In this document: piece by piece, positions 8,797 through 17,197 of the stretch
Layout of the letters: every line of letters starts with the position of its first letter
Numbering within the stretch: the first letter of the stretch is position 1
NCBI GenBank assembly: GCA_963797095.1
Contig: CAWCNY010000002.1
Location: forward strand, 864,001-928,000
Source: an uncultured Chloroflexia bacterium
GTDB taxonomy: Bacteria > Chloroflexota > Chloroflexia > QHBQ01 > JADMIH01
Length of the DNA stretch: 64,000 bases
Direction of reading: 5' to 3'
The notes under the pieces: generated by a model
Database searches by the model: none
Seen by the model: only the letters and a program-made list of their open reading frames with translations
What the model was told of the DNA's origin: nothing
Program-made: the position numbers and the translations under genes

Positions 8797-10101
8797 CTAA
8801 ATCACTCTTGCTCGTATTCTTGCTGAGGCCCAGTCCATCGCGATAACTACTATGGCGATAGCCCAAACTACGGTAGCCGCTTTGTGGTAGTCGCTAATGT
8901 TGATATATTGGATCAGCAGGAAACCAACCCCGCCGCCTCCCACGAAACCTATGATCGTGGAGGCGCGCACATTTCTGTCCCACATATATAGTGTGAACGC
9001 TATGAACTGCGGGATAAACTGCGGGATGACCGCGTACTGAATCACCTGTATGCGATTCGCACCGGTAGCCGTGATTGCTTCCAGTGGGCCGGGATCGATT
9101 GCCTCGATTGCTTCCGAGTAGAATTTACCCAGAGATGCTATGGCGTAGACCATAAGCGCCAGCACGCCCGCGAAGGGGCCTAGACCCACTGTGGCCGCAA
9201 AGATTACTCCCAGGATCAGCGACTCGATTGAACGCAGGATGTTGAATATCGTGCGAGCAATGGTATAAATGGCTGTTCCCCAGAAAGTATGTGGCATCAG
9301 GTTGCGGGCGGCCAGGAAGCTCAAAGGCAAGCTTATGACAATAGCAAAACTGGTTGCCATCAGCGCCAGGAAGATCGTTTCGATGATCTTCTGAACTACC
9401 AGATTAAAAGTGTCGCTAAGGTAGATGTTGCCGAAGCTCCAATTCTGAGTAACAGCGAGCGTATTAGGGAAACTGAATGAGTTCACAACGCGGTCGCTCT
9501 CGCTTGGGACCTGTACTTCAGTGCTGAAGTTGCCACTAGCGTCCGCTGTGAATGTTCCAATGCTTTGTGTGAATGCGTTGGTGCCTGTGCTTTGCCAGAG
9601 TATTTTGCCCTCGGTGTTGGGCCGGAACCCTTTGCCCGTAATGGTCAGGGTCTGACCCGGCATCACCTGGTCCGTGGATGTGGTAAGTGTTACGCTGTAG
9701 GTCTCCTCATCATTGATATCCGTTGCCTGGCTGTTCGCATCGCCTGCCCTCTGGATTATGGGGCTTACTGAGGTCTCGACGTTACCCTGGTTTACCTGCG
9801 CGGGTGGGGTTTCGACACCTACAATCGGTAGTGATACCTGTAGCTGCTTCTGATCTTGTGCGATCACGTCAGGCTGTACTAGTTCACCCAACCTGCGCGT
9901 CAACTCAGGCCACTTGGCTATAAGGGTAGGAGGATCTATCTGGGCGACCTTCCAGCCTACCACATGAGCTGCTACGATCACGATCACGAGTATCAAGGCA
10001 AACCATGAACGCAGGAAGAAGGGCCTGGGAGGTTTGACCACAGGCTGTGTGGTATCGGGCATGTTGCTCTGCCTGGTTAGCGGTTTGTCCACTGTTGCCA
10101 T
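8797..10101 (-). CDS. phnE: phosphonate ABC transporter permease with large extracytoplasmic insertion
   Basis: ETIFLALMAT, LAARNL, GLGPFAGVLAL, GKFYSEAIE, NVRASTIIGFVGGGGVG motifs. Confidence 0.85.
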   Translation of the reverse strand: MATVDKPLTRQSNMPDTTQPVVKPPRPFFLRSWFALILVIVIVAAHVVGWKVAQIDPPTLIAKWPELTRRLGELVQPDVIAQDQKQLQVSLPIVGVETPPAQVNQGNVETSVSPIIQRAGDANSQATDINDEETYSVTLTTSTDQVMPGQTLTITGKGFRPNTEGKILWQSTGTNAFTQSIGTFTADASGNFSTEVQVPSESDRVVNSFSFPNTLAVTQNWSFGNIYLSDTFNLVVQKIIETIFLALMATSFAIVISLPLSFLAARNLMPHTFWGTAIYTIARTIFNILRSIESLILGVIFAATVGLGPFAGVLALMVYAIASLGKFYSEAIEAIDPGPLEAITATGANRIQVIQYAVIPQFIPQFIAFTLYMWDRNVRASTIIGFVGGGGVGFLLIQYINISDYHKAATVVWAIAIVVIAMDWASARIRARVI

Positions 10102-10155
10102 GCTTCAACCTCCGGTTTGACGAAGTATGAATAAGCCTCTCATCTGCAACCTTCG

Positions 10156-10977
10156 TCAGCGAATAGTGCTTGCCATGCTCCTATCGGGTGCGACTTTGCC
10201 GTCGCCTGGGCCGATCTCCACTTCCACCGCATCTTCTCCGTAGATATCGCGGAACTTCTTTTCATCGATTTCGAGGGCGGGGCCATCGAACACGATATGC
10301 CCGCCTTCGCCATCGTTGCGGAGGGCGATCACGCGGTCGGCGTAGCGGCGGGCAAGCGACAGGAAGTGGAGATTGCAGAGGACCGTGATACCATCCTCCT
10401 TGTTGATCTGCTCAAGGTACTTCATCACCGAGTGCGAGGTAGCAGGGTCAAGCGAGGCCACCGGCTCATCGGCGAGCATATAGCGGGGGTTCTGCATGAG
10501 GGCGCGGGCGATGCCTACACGCTGCTGCTGGCCGCCCGATAGCTGGTCGGCGCGGTTCCAGGCTTTCTGCGGAATGCCCACACGCGTGAGGTTATGCATC
10601 GCCATCGTGTAGTCTTCCTGTGAGAAGCGATGAAAGAGCGAAGGGAGGGTCTGTTTGTAGCCAAGCCTGCCCGACAGCACGTTGGTTATAACCGAAGATC
10701 GCCTGACCAGATTGAACTGCTGGAAAATCATCCCTATCTTGAGGCGTATCTTGCGGATCTGCGCGGCATTGGCCCCGGTAACGTTTTCGCCATCGATCAT
10801 GACGCGCCCGGAGGTCGGCTTGATGAGGCCGTTGATACAGCGCAAAAGGGTGGATTTGCCTGAGCCGGACAGACCTATGATCACGAGGAATTGGCCGTCC
10901 GGAATGTCGAGGTTGATATTGTGCAGCGCCCTGGTGCCATCGTCGTAGGTCTTGCTGAGATTTTCGATCTTGATCAT
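10156..10977 (-). CDS. phnC: phosphonate ABC transporter ATP-binding protein
   Basis: Walker [44 protein letters not shown]. Confidence 0.9.
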   Translation of the reverse strand: MIKIENLSKTYDDGTRALHNINLDIPDGQFLVIIGLSGSGKSTLLRCINGLIKPTSGRVMIDGENVTGANAAQIRKIRLKIGMIFQQFNLVRRSSVITNVLSGRLGYKQTLPSLFHRFSQEDYTMAMHNLTRVGIPQKAWNRADQLSGGQQQRVGIARALMQNPRYMLADEPVASLDPATSHSVMKYLEQINKEDGITVLCNLHFLSLARRYADRVIALRNDGEGGHIVFDGPALEIDEKKFRDIYGEDAVEVEIGPGDGKVAPDRSMASTIR

Positions 10978-11064
10978 AGCGCCTCCATAGCAAAGCGAAA
11001 CGCTGAAGCGCGCCCCAAAAGGGCGGGCTTATTCGCACCATATGATACCACAAAGATCAAGGTT

Positions 11065-11197
11065 GGTAGTCGGTAGTCGGTAGTCAGAGGATAACTGACG
11101 AGTGACGAGTGACGAGCGACAAGTGACGAGTGACAGGAACTTGGAACCAGGAACTTGGAACTTGGAACTATAGTCCGACTACCGACTACCGACTACC
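11065..11197. repeat. composite heptamer array (GGTAGTC)3..(TGACGAG)~5 (GGAACYW)~5 TAGTCC (GACTACC)3
   Basis: Read directly; the outer blocks are reverse complements of each other. Confidence 0.85.
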
Positions 11198-11896
11198 AGT
11201 GAACTCCTGCCAGGCGAACTCTATGTTTCGCAAGTGGTCTTCTACAAAGGGGTAGTCTTCATAAACATCGCGGGCTACAGACAGAACACGGTCGAGTGGT
11301 AGGCGGGCGGCCAGCGACGTTAGGACGTGGCGGACGAGATTCTGGGTGTACTCGCGGTCGGCGGCTATGCGCGAGCGTATCTCCCGCTTGCCCTGGGCCG
11401 GTGATCCCCGTTGAGGGAGCTCAAGCCTGGTATCGAACGTTTCTATTGTTTCCAGAGCTTGCAGGTAGCTATCCGCGCCTCCATCGAGGAGTGGTATATA
11501 ACCGGCAGAGAGCAGGCCCCCGCAAAGAAGGATGCGCGCCTTTTTGTGGTATACCCCGATCCGGTTGGGCGAGAGAGATGCGGTTTCCCAGCCCGACACA
11601 GGTGGTGGCAGCAGAGGCGCGCTTGCGCTTGAGACTGGCGTAATGACGATGGCATTGGGCCAACGCAGGCGCGCAGGGTGGTCGCCCGGCTCCTCAGTGA
11701 AGAGGAGCGCGCCGATTCCGCGCTCCATATCCCCGGCAAACTTGCCAAGTGCATCAATTTCAATGGTCAGGTCGCCGGGATCAACTACCACCAAAGGTCC
11801 ATCGCCCTCGACATCGAGAAGCACAGCGATATTACGCTCGTTATCGCTGTTGTGTAACGCCCATAGGCCGGGTGCGAGTTCGGTGCTCTGGATCAT
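11186..11896 (-). CDS. degenerate MBL-fold-like hypothetical protein
   Basis: MBL-like spacing (VVVDPG, ILLCGGLL, PQRG) but HxHxDH replaced by TEEPGDH; downstream of pknB. Confidence 0.55.
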   Translation of the reverse strand: MIQSTELAPGLWALHNSDNERNIAVLLDVEGDGPLVVVDPGDLTIEIDALGKFAGDMERGIGALLFTEEPGDHPARLRWPNAIVITPVSSASAPLLPPPVSGWETASLSPNRIGVYHKKARILLCGGLLSAGYIPLLDGGADSYLQALETIETFDTRLELPQRGSPAQGKREIRSRIAADREYTQNLVRHVLTSLAARLPLDRVLSVARDVYEDYPFVEDHLRNIEFAWQEFTGSR

Positions 11897-11900
11897 GAAA

Positions 11901-11952
11901 GTGTGGAGTGCGGAGTGCGAAGTTCGGAATGGGATGCTTTGTACTCCGCATT
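11901..11952. repeat. heptamer array GCGGAGT-type with inverted partner ACTCCGC
   Basis: GTGGAGT GCGGAGT GCGAAGT TCGGAAT ... ACTCCGCATTC. Confidence 0.7.
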
Positions 11953-11955
11953 CAT

Positions 11956-14001
11956 TTATTGCTTTCGCCTGGTGACAATATCTACCGTGCTGTACTTCTT
12001 GACAACCGTATCCGGAAGGGGGTTCTGGCGGAGCACTGCACCCGGCGGAACGCTCTCGGTGGGATCGTCCTCCTCGGTGATCGAGCCTACTTTGAGACCC
12101 GCCAACTCCAGGCGCTGGATCGCGAGATCCATATCTACAATACCGATCAGGTTCGGAACTGTGGCGGTCACGCCCATGCTGACCACCATGGTCACATTGC
12201 CTCCGGGATAAACCACTTCGCCCGCCGCGGGATCGGTCTTGATTACCGCACCTTCAGCGATAGTGTCGCTCCCTTTCTGGCTGACCTTCACGATCAGGCC
12301 TGTGCTTTCGAGCAAGGCTCGCGCCTCGTTGGCGTCTGTATTGGCGAGGTCGGGCAGAGCGAAGCCGGGCGGACCGCTGCTCACGCGCACGGTGATAATC
12401 CTGGTTTGCTGGTAAACCGCGTCGGGTGGAGGGTCCTGCTGGGCCACTATATCGGCGGGGTACTCAATGCTCTCGATGCGCCCGATCTCAAGCAGCACAA
12501 AGCCCTTTTGCTTGGCAAGCACTGCCGCATCCTTCACATTGAGTCCGAGCAGCCTGGGTACAGCCACCGAGATAGGCGTGTTGGTGGCCGTGGGGGTCGA
12601 TGTGGGCGTGGCGGTAGCCGTGGGCGTGGCGGTGTTAGTGGGTGTGGCGGTGGGCACGGTGGGTGTGGGGGTTGGGCTTGGGATCACCACTTCGCTAGGC
12701 GTGACCAGGTTCACGATCTGCGGGAAAAAGATGGCGATACCCCCTCCCAGGAGGGCCAGCCCGAAGAGGAGGAAGAGCGCGATGGCGGCTGGACTGCAAC
12801 CAATGCCCGCGCCCTGCACGCGCACAGCGCTTGGGCGGATCGCCATCGAAGTGGGGCCGCCCAGGGCGCTCATGTTGCGGGCAGCCGCGCTTGCTCCACC
12901 GTTGCCAGCGCCTAACGGGATCGGGTAAGCGCCTCTCGACAGGCTGCCGGTCCTAAGCGAGCCTGTGTTGCCCCTGAGTGAACCCGTCGAGCCTCTGAGG
13001 CTGTTGGTGGCGGCTCCCTGGCCCGCCAATTGGCCTCTGACCACATGTGTGCCTGCGCCCGTAATGTTGGGGCGGGCTTGCGGGACGCTGAGGCCGATCT
13101 CCTGGGTGGTTTGCTGGCCGGATAGCTGGAGGCTGCGAAGCGAGCGCTCCATCTCGGCGGCGCTGCCGTAGCGCTGGATCGGATCTTTGGCGAGGGCTTT
13201 GAGCACTATCGCTTCCAGGCGTAAGGGCACGTTGGGGTTGAGAGTGCGGGGTGAGGGTGGCGGCTCACTGATGTGCTTGTAGGCCAGCCCCACCGCGTTT
13301 TCGCTCTCGAACGGGAGCCTGCCAGTGATCATCTCGAAGAGGGTGACGCCCAGCGCGTAAATATCCGATTGCGGCGTGACCCGCTCGCCTTTGGCCTGTT
13401 CGGGCGAGAAATAGTTGGCGGTTCCCAGGGCCGTGCCCGCGTCGGTGAGGCTGAGGTCGGACACGCTCTTGGCGATGCCGAAGTCGGTCACCTTGACGGT
13501 GCCATCGCCCGTGATGAGGATGTTCTGGGGCTTGATATCGCGGTGGATCAGGCCGCTGCGGTGGGCGTATTCGAGGCCGGCGAGAATCTGGGCCGCGATA
13601 TTTACCGCCCGCTCAAGGGGGAGGGGTGCGCCTGGGGTCTTATTGAGCAACTCTTTGAGGCTTTGCCCGGCCACGAACTCCATCACGATGTAATGGGTGT
13701 CGCCATCCTGGCCCACGTCATATACGGAGACGATGTTGGGGTGGGTGAGGTTGGCGGCGGCCTGGGCTTCGCGGCGGAAACGGGCCACGAATGGCGCGTC
13801 TTCAGCATACTGCTCGCGCAGGATCTTGACGGCCACGATCCGGCCCAGGATGTTATCGCGGGCTTTGTAGACGGTAGCCATCCCGCCACCGCCCACCGGG
13901 GCTATGAGGGAATAGCGCCCGTTGAGGACGCGACCGTTTCCACCTTTTGCCGGTTGCCTGTCGCCGGATAGACCGCTTGCGCCGTTATTTGCAGATACCA
14001 A
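11956..14001 (-). CDS. pknB: Stk1/PknB family Ser/Thr protein kinase with PASTA domains
   Basis: GGGGMATVY, HRDIKPQN, DFGIAK, TM helix, Pro/Thr linker, three PASTA repeats; start codon uncertain (TTG). Confidence 0.9.
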   Translation of the reverse strand: MVSANNGASGLSGDRQPAKGGNGRVLNGRYSLIAPVGGGGMATVYKARDNILGRIVAVKILREQYAEDAPFVARFRREAQAAANLTHPNIVSVYDVGQDGDTHYIVMEFVAGQSLKELLNKTPGAPLPLERAVNIAAQILAGLEYAHRSGLIHRDIKPQNILITGDGTVKVTDFGIAKSVSDLSLTDAGTALGTANYFSPEQAKGERVTPQSDIYALGVTLFEMITGRLPFESENAVGLAYKHISEPPPSPRTLNPNVPLRLEAIVLKALAKDPIQRYGSAAEMERSLRSLQLSGQQTTQEIGLSVPQARPNITGAGTHVVRGQLAGQGAATNSLRGSTGSLRGNTGSLRTGSLSRGAYPIPLGAGNGGASAAARNMSALGGPTSMAIRPSAVRVQGAGIGCSPAAIALFLLFGLALLGGGIAIFFPQIVNLVTPSEVVIPSPTPTPTVPTATPTNTATPTATATPTSTPTATNTPISVAVPRLLGLNVKDAAVLAKQKGFVLLEIGRIESIEYPADIVAQQDPPPDAVYQQTRIITVRVSSGPPGFALPDLANTDANEARALLESTGLIVKVSQKGSDTIAEGAVIKTDPAAGEVVYPGGNVTMVVSMGVTATVPNLIGIVDMDLAIQRLELAGLKVGSITEEDDPTESVPPGAVLRQNPLPDTVVKKYSTVDIVTRRKQ

Positions 14002-14198
14002 GAGATTGCCTTTTGTCCCGGAATGCTGGGGCGATGCGCCCGTCCCCGTGTTTGCTGCTCCTCAGGACTCTATCGTAATCATAAACGCAGGCAAAAGTGA
14101 ATTATCCACATCGTCGGGGACAGTGACGCCTGGCGATTAATTGTAAGGCAGCGCAGGTGGGTTGTCAAACGGGGCAGTACGGAAAATTGCGTAGTGCA

Positions 14199-14747
14199 CT
14201 AGAGGATCTTGTCCAGCGTTTGTGCCACCGCTGCCGTCGCCAGCCCATAGGCTACATGCGCACCCAGTGTATGCGCGTGAAGCTCAGGCGGGGAAGAGGT
14301 CGGCCCTTCCGCGAGGCCGAGCAGAGGCACCGCCAGTTCATCACCGAGGCCCCACAACCCCACCGCCAGCGCGAGGCCACCGAGCAGATCGGGTATACGA
14401 GCCGAGCCGCGCACCGCGCCATAAAGGGCGGCCATCGACAGGCCGAACGCCCAATGTACTTCTGTGCTCAGCGTCGTTTTGGTTTCCTTCGTTTTAGGCT
14501 CTTTGCCTGTCACACCCTTGTATATGATACGGCCCGCAGCCTCGGTCGAGCCTTCGCCCTCCTTGTGCTGTTGTCCTACAAGCGAGATATCGTCCAGCGG
14601 GCCAGGCTCCTTGTTGCTTTCCTGGCGCGGGTCCTTGCCTGTGATAGCGTTTATCGCCTGCCAGTAACCTTTCATCGCCTGGATGCCCGCCGCCCCACCG
14701 ACCGCACCCAACACCAATCCCTTCCATCTATTTACTTGCTCGCCCAT
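14199..14747 (-). CDS. DUF1440-like membrane protein
   Basis: N-terminal GLVLGAVGG TM, VHWAFG, GDELAVPLLGL, AHVAYG motifs. Confidence 0.65.
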   Translation of the reverse strand: MGEQVNRWKGLVLGAVGGAAGIQAMKGYWQAINAITGKDPRQESNKEPGPLDDISLVGQQHKEGEGSTEAAGRIIYKGVTGKEPKTKETKTTLSTEVHWAFGLSMAALYGAVRGSARIPDLLGGLALAVGLWGLGDELAVPLLGLAEGPTSSPPELHAHTLGAHVAYGLATAAVAQTLDKIL

Positions 14748-15026
14748 ATAATCCCGCCTTTCGCAATCTAGACTTTCGCGCCCACTCCCTTGATATAGCA
14801 ACTGTCGTACCATGCACAGAAGGAGTATTGAGGCATTTGCAGGCGCTATTCGCGACCTGGCGGCCTGATCCTTGCTTAAAATTTGGTATTGCGCATGTTG
14901 CAAAAGCGTGTAAAATGGTGGGGATATCTTCCCCATTCACTTTTTCGTCGCAAGAATCATTTGTAACTCCCGCCTTATTGCAGCCATAGCGCTGTTATTC
15001 AAGTCTATTTACTCAGGAGAACGCAC

Positions 15027-17180
15027 GTGGCAACCCAGACCAAAGAAGAAGCAACATATTACGGCATGGACATCGCACAGCTATCGATCAACACAATCAG
15101 AACCCTCTCAATGGACGCTGTGCAGAAAGCCAATTCGGGCCACCCCGGCACACCGATGGCGAACGCGCCTCTGGCCTACCTACTCTATACCGAGACGATG
15201 CGCCATAACCCCCGCGACCCTCACTGGCAGAACCGCGACCGCTTTATTTTGTCGGCAGGGCACGCCTCAATGCTCCTCTACTCCATCCTATATTTGACGG
15301 GCTACGATTTGAGCCTGGAGGAGCTAAAGAACTTCCGCCAGTGGGGCAGCAAAACGCCAGGCCACCCCGAATACCACGACACGCCCGGAGTGGAGACCAC
15401 CACCGGGCCTCTCGGTCAGGGCTTCGGCAACGGAGTAGGCATGGCCCTCGCCGAGCGCTGGCTGCGCGAGCGTTTCAACAAGGATGGCTTCCCCATCGTG
15501 GACCACTACACCTACGCCCTCTGCTCCGACGGCGACCTCATGGAGGGCGTGGCCTCCGAAGCCGCGTCCATCGCGGGCTTCCTCAAGCTGGGCAAGCTGA
15601 TCTATTTCTACGACGATAACACCATCACCATCGACGGCCACACCGATCTAGCCTTCAGTGAGGACGTGGGTAAGCGCTTCGAGGCATATGGCTGGCATGT
15701 GCAGCACGTAGACGATGCCAACGACCTGAATGCTCTCCGCAAGTCGATCAAGGTGGCGCAGGGCGTGGATGACCAACCCTCGCTTGTCATCGTCAAATCG
15801 ATCATCGCCTACGGCTCGCCCAACAAAGCCAACACCTCGGAGGCGCACGGCTCGCCGCTCGGCAAGGACGAGGTCATCCTGACCAAGCAGAACCTCGGCT
15901 GGCCCTGGGAGGAGCCTTTCTATGTGCCCGACGAGGCGCTGCAATATTGCAGACAGGCGATCCTGCGCGGCGAGCAGGAGCAGGAATCGTGGGAAGACCT
16001 GATGAAGCGCTACAAGGCCGAGTTCCCGGAGGCAGCCCGCGAGTACAAGCTATTTATGTCGGGTGGCCTGCCCGACGGCTGGGACGATGACCTTCCCACT
16101 TTCGGCCCTGAGAAGGGTCCAATGGCTACCCGCACCTCGTCGGGGCAGACGGTGAACGTTGTGGCTAAGAAGGTGCTCAATCTTGTGGCCGGGGCAGCAG
16201 ACCTCTATCCCTCAACGGATGTATATATAAAGGAAGGAGGCGACCTGAGAGGCGATAATTTCATGGCCCGCAATGCCCACTATGGCATCCGCGAGCATGG
16301 CATGGGGGCTATCCTCCAGGGAATCGCGCTGCATAAGGGCATGATAGCTTTCGGCTCGACCTTCCTCATCTTCTACGACTATATGCGCCCTCCCCTGCGG
16401 TTGGCAGGCATCATGAAGAATCCGTTGCTCATGGTCTACACACACGACAGTATAGGGTTAGGGGAGGATGGACCCACCCACCAGCCTGTAGAGCAGCTTT
16501 CGGGCCTGCGGTCGGTGCCCAACATGTGGATGATCCGCCCCGCCGACGCCAACGAAAGCGTCTACTCCTGGCGGGCAGCCCTAATGCGGCGCGATGGCCC
16601 TACCTGCCTGGTCATGTCCCGCCAGAAGGTGCCCATCTTCGACCGGGCCAGGTATGCCGGTGCCGAGGGCGTCATGCGCGGCGCGTATGTGCTGTCGGAG
16701 GCTAAGGGCGGCAAGCCCGACCTGATATTGATCGGCACGGGCACCGAGGTGCAGTGGGCCATTGGCGCTCAGCCTGTATTGGAGGGGCAGGGGATCAAGA
16801 CACGTGTGGTCTCCATGCCTTGCTGGGAATTATTCGAGGAACAGGACAAATCATACCGGGAGGAGGTGTTGCCGCCTGACGTGAAGAAACGGATCGCTCT
16901 CGAGGCAGCGTCGCCGATGGGATGGCATAAATGGGTAGGGGATGAGGGCGATATCATAGGCGTTGAAACCTATGGCGCGTCCGCCCCCGCCGAGATCATA
17001 TTCCAGAAATACGGGTTCTCCGTCGAAAACGTGGTAGAGCACGCGCTGGCTCTGTTCGGCAAAGGAAGCACAGGAGAGCGCCCCGCCCAATCAGGCAAAT
17101 CGGCCTCCCACGAGCGTGATCTGGAGAGGAAAGGCAAGACACAGACGGAGATGGAGACGCCTGCGGAGAAGCAGAGTTAG
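15027..17180 (+). CDS. tkt: transketolase
   Basis: [45 protein letters not shown]. Confidence 0.97.
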   Translation: MATQTKEEATYYGMDIAQLSINTIRTLSMDAVQKANSGHPGTPMANAPLAYLLYTETMRHNPRDPHWQNRDRFILSAGHASMLLYSILYLTGYDLSLEELKNFRQWGSKTPGHPEYHDTPGVETTTGPLGQGFGNGVGMALAERWLRERFNKDGFPIVDHYTYALCSDGDLMEGVASEAASIAGFLKLGKLIYFYDDNTITIDGHTDLAFSEDVGKRFEAYGWHVQHVDDANDLNALRKSIKVAQGVDDQPSLVIVKSIIAYGSPNKANTSEAHGSPLGKDEVILTKQNLGWPWEEPFYVPDEALQYCRQAILRGEQEQESWEDLMKRYKAEFPEAAREYKLFMSGGLPDGWDDDLPTFGPEKGPMATRTSSGQTVNVVAKKVLNLVAGAADLYPSTDVYIKEGGDLRGDNFMARNAHYGIREHGMGAILQGIALHKGMIAFGSTFLIFYDYMRPPLRLAGIMKNPLLMVYTHDSIGLGEDGPTHQPVEQLSGLRSVPNMWMIRPADANESVYSWRAALMRRDGPTCLVMSRQKVPIFDRARYAGAEGVMRGAYVLSEAKGGKPDLILIGTGTEVQWAIGAQPVLEGQGIKTRVVSMPCWELFEEQDKSYREEVLPPDVKKRIALEAASPMGWHKWVGDEGDIIGVETYGASAPAEIIFQKYGFSVENVVEHALALFGKGSTGERPAQSGKSASHERDLERKGKTQTEMETPAEKQS

Positions 17181-17197
17181 CGCCAAAGGAGATAATT

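Noticed and set aside
11065-11197. Repeat arrays as CRISPR
   Set aside because: Units are 7 bp, tandem, without unique spacers, and no cas genes are present.
11908-12915. Long overlapping antisense ORFs (also 4631-5419, 19163-20182, 24306-25205)
   Set aside because: They lie opposite well-supported genes in GC-rich DNA and have no motifs or RBS.
6735-14001. tRNA-anchored genomic island or prophage
   Set aside because: No integrase, phage genes or att duplication were seen.
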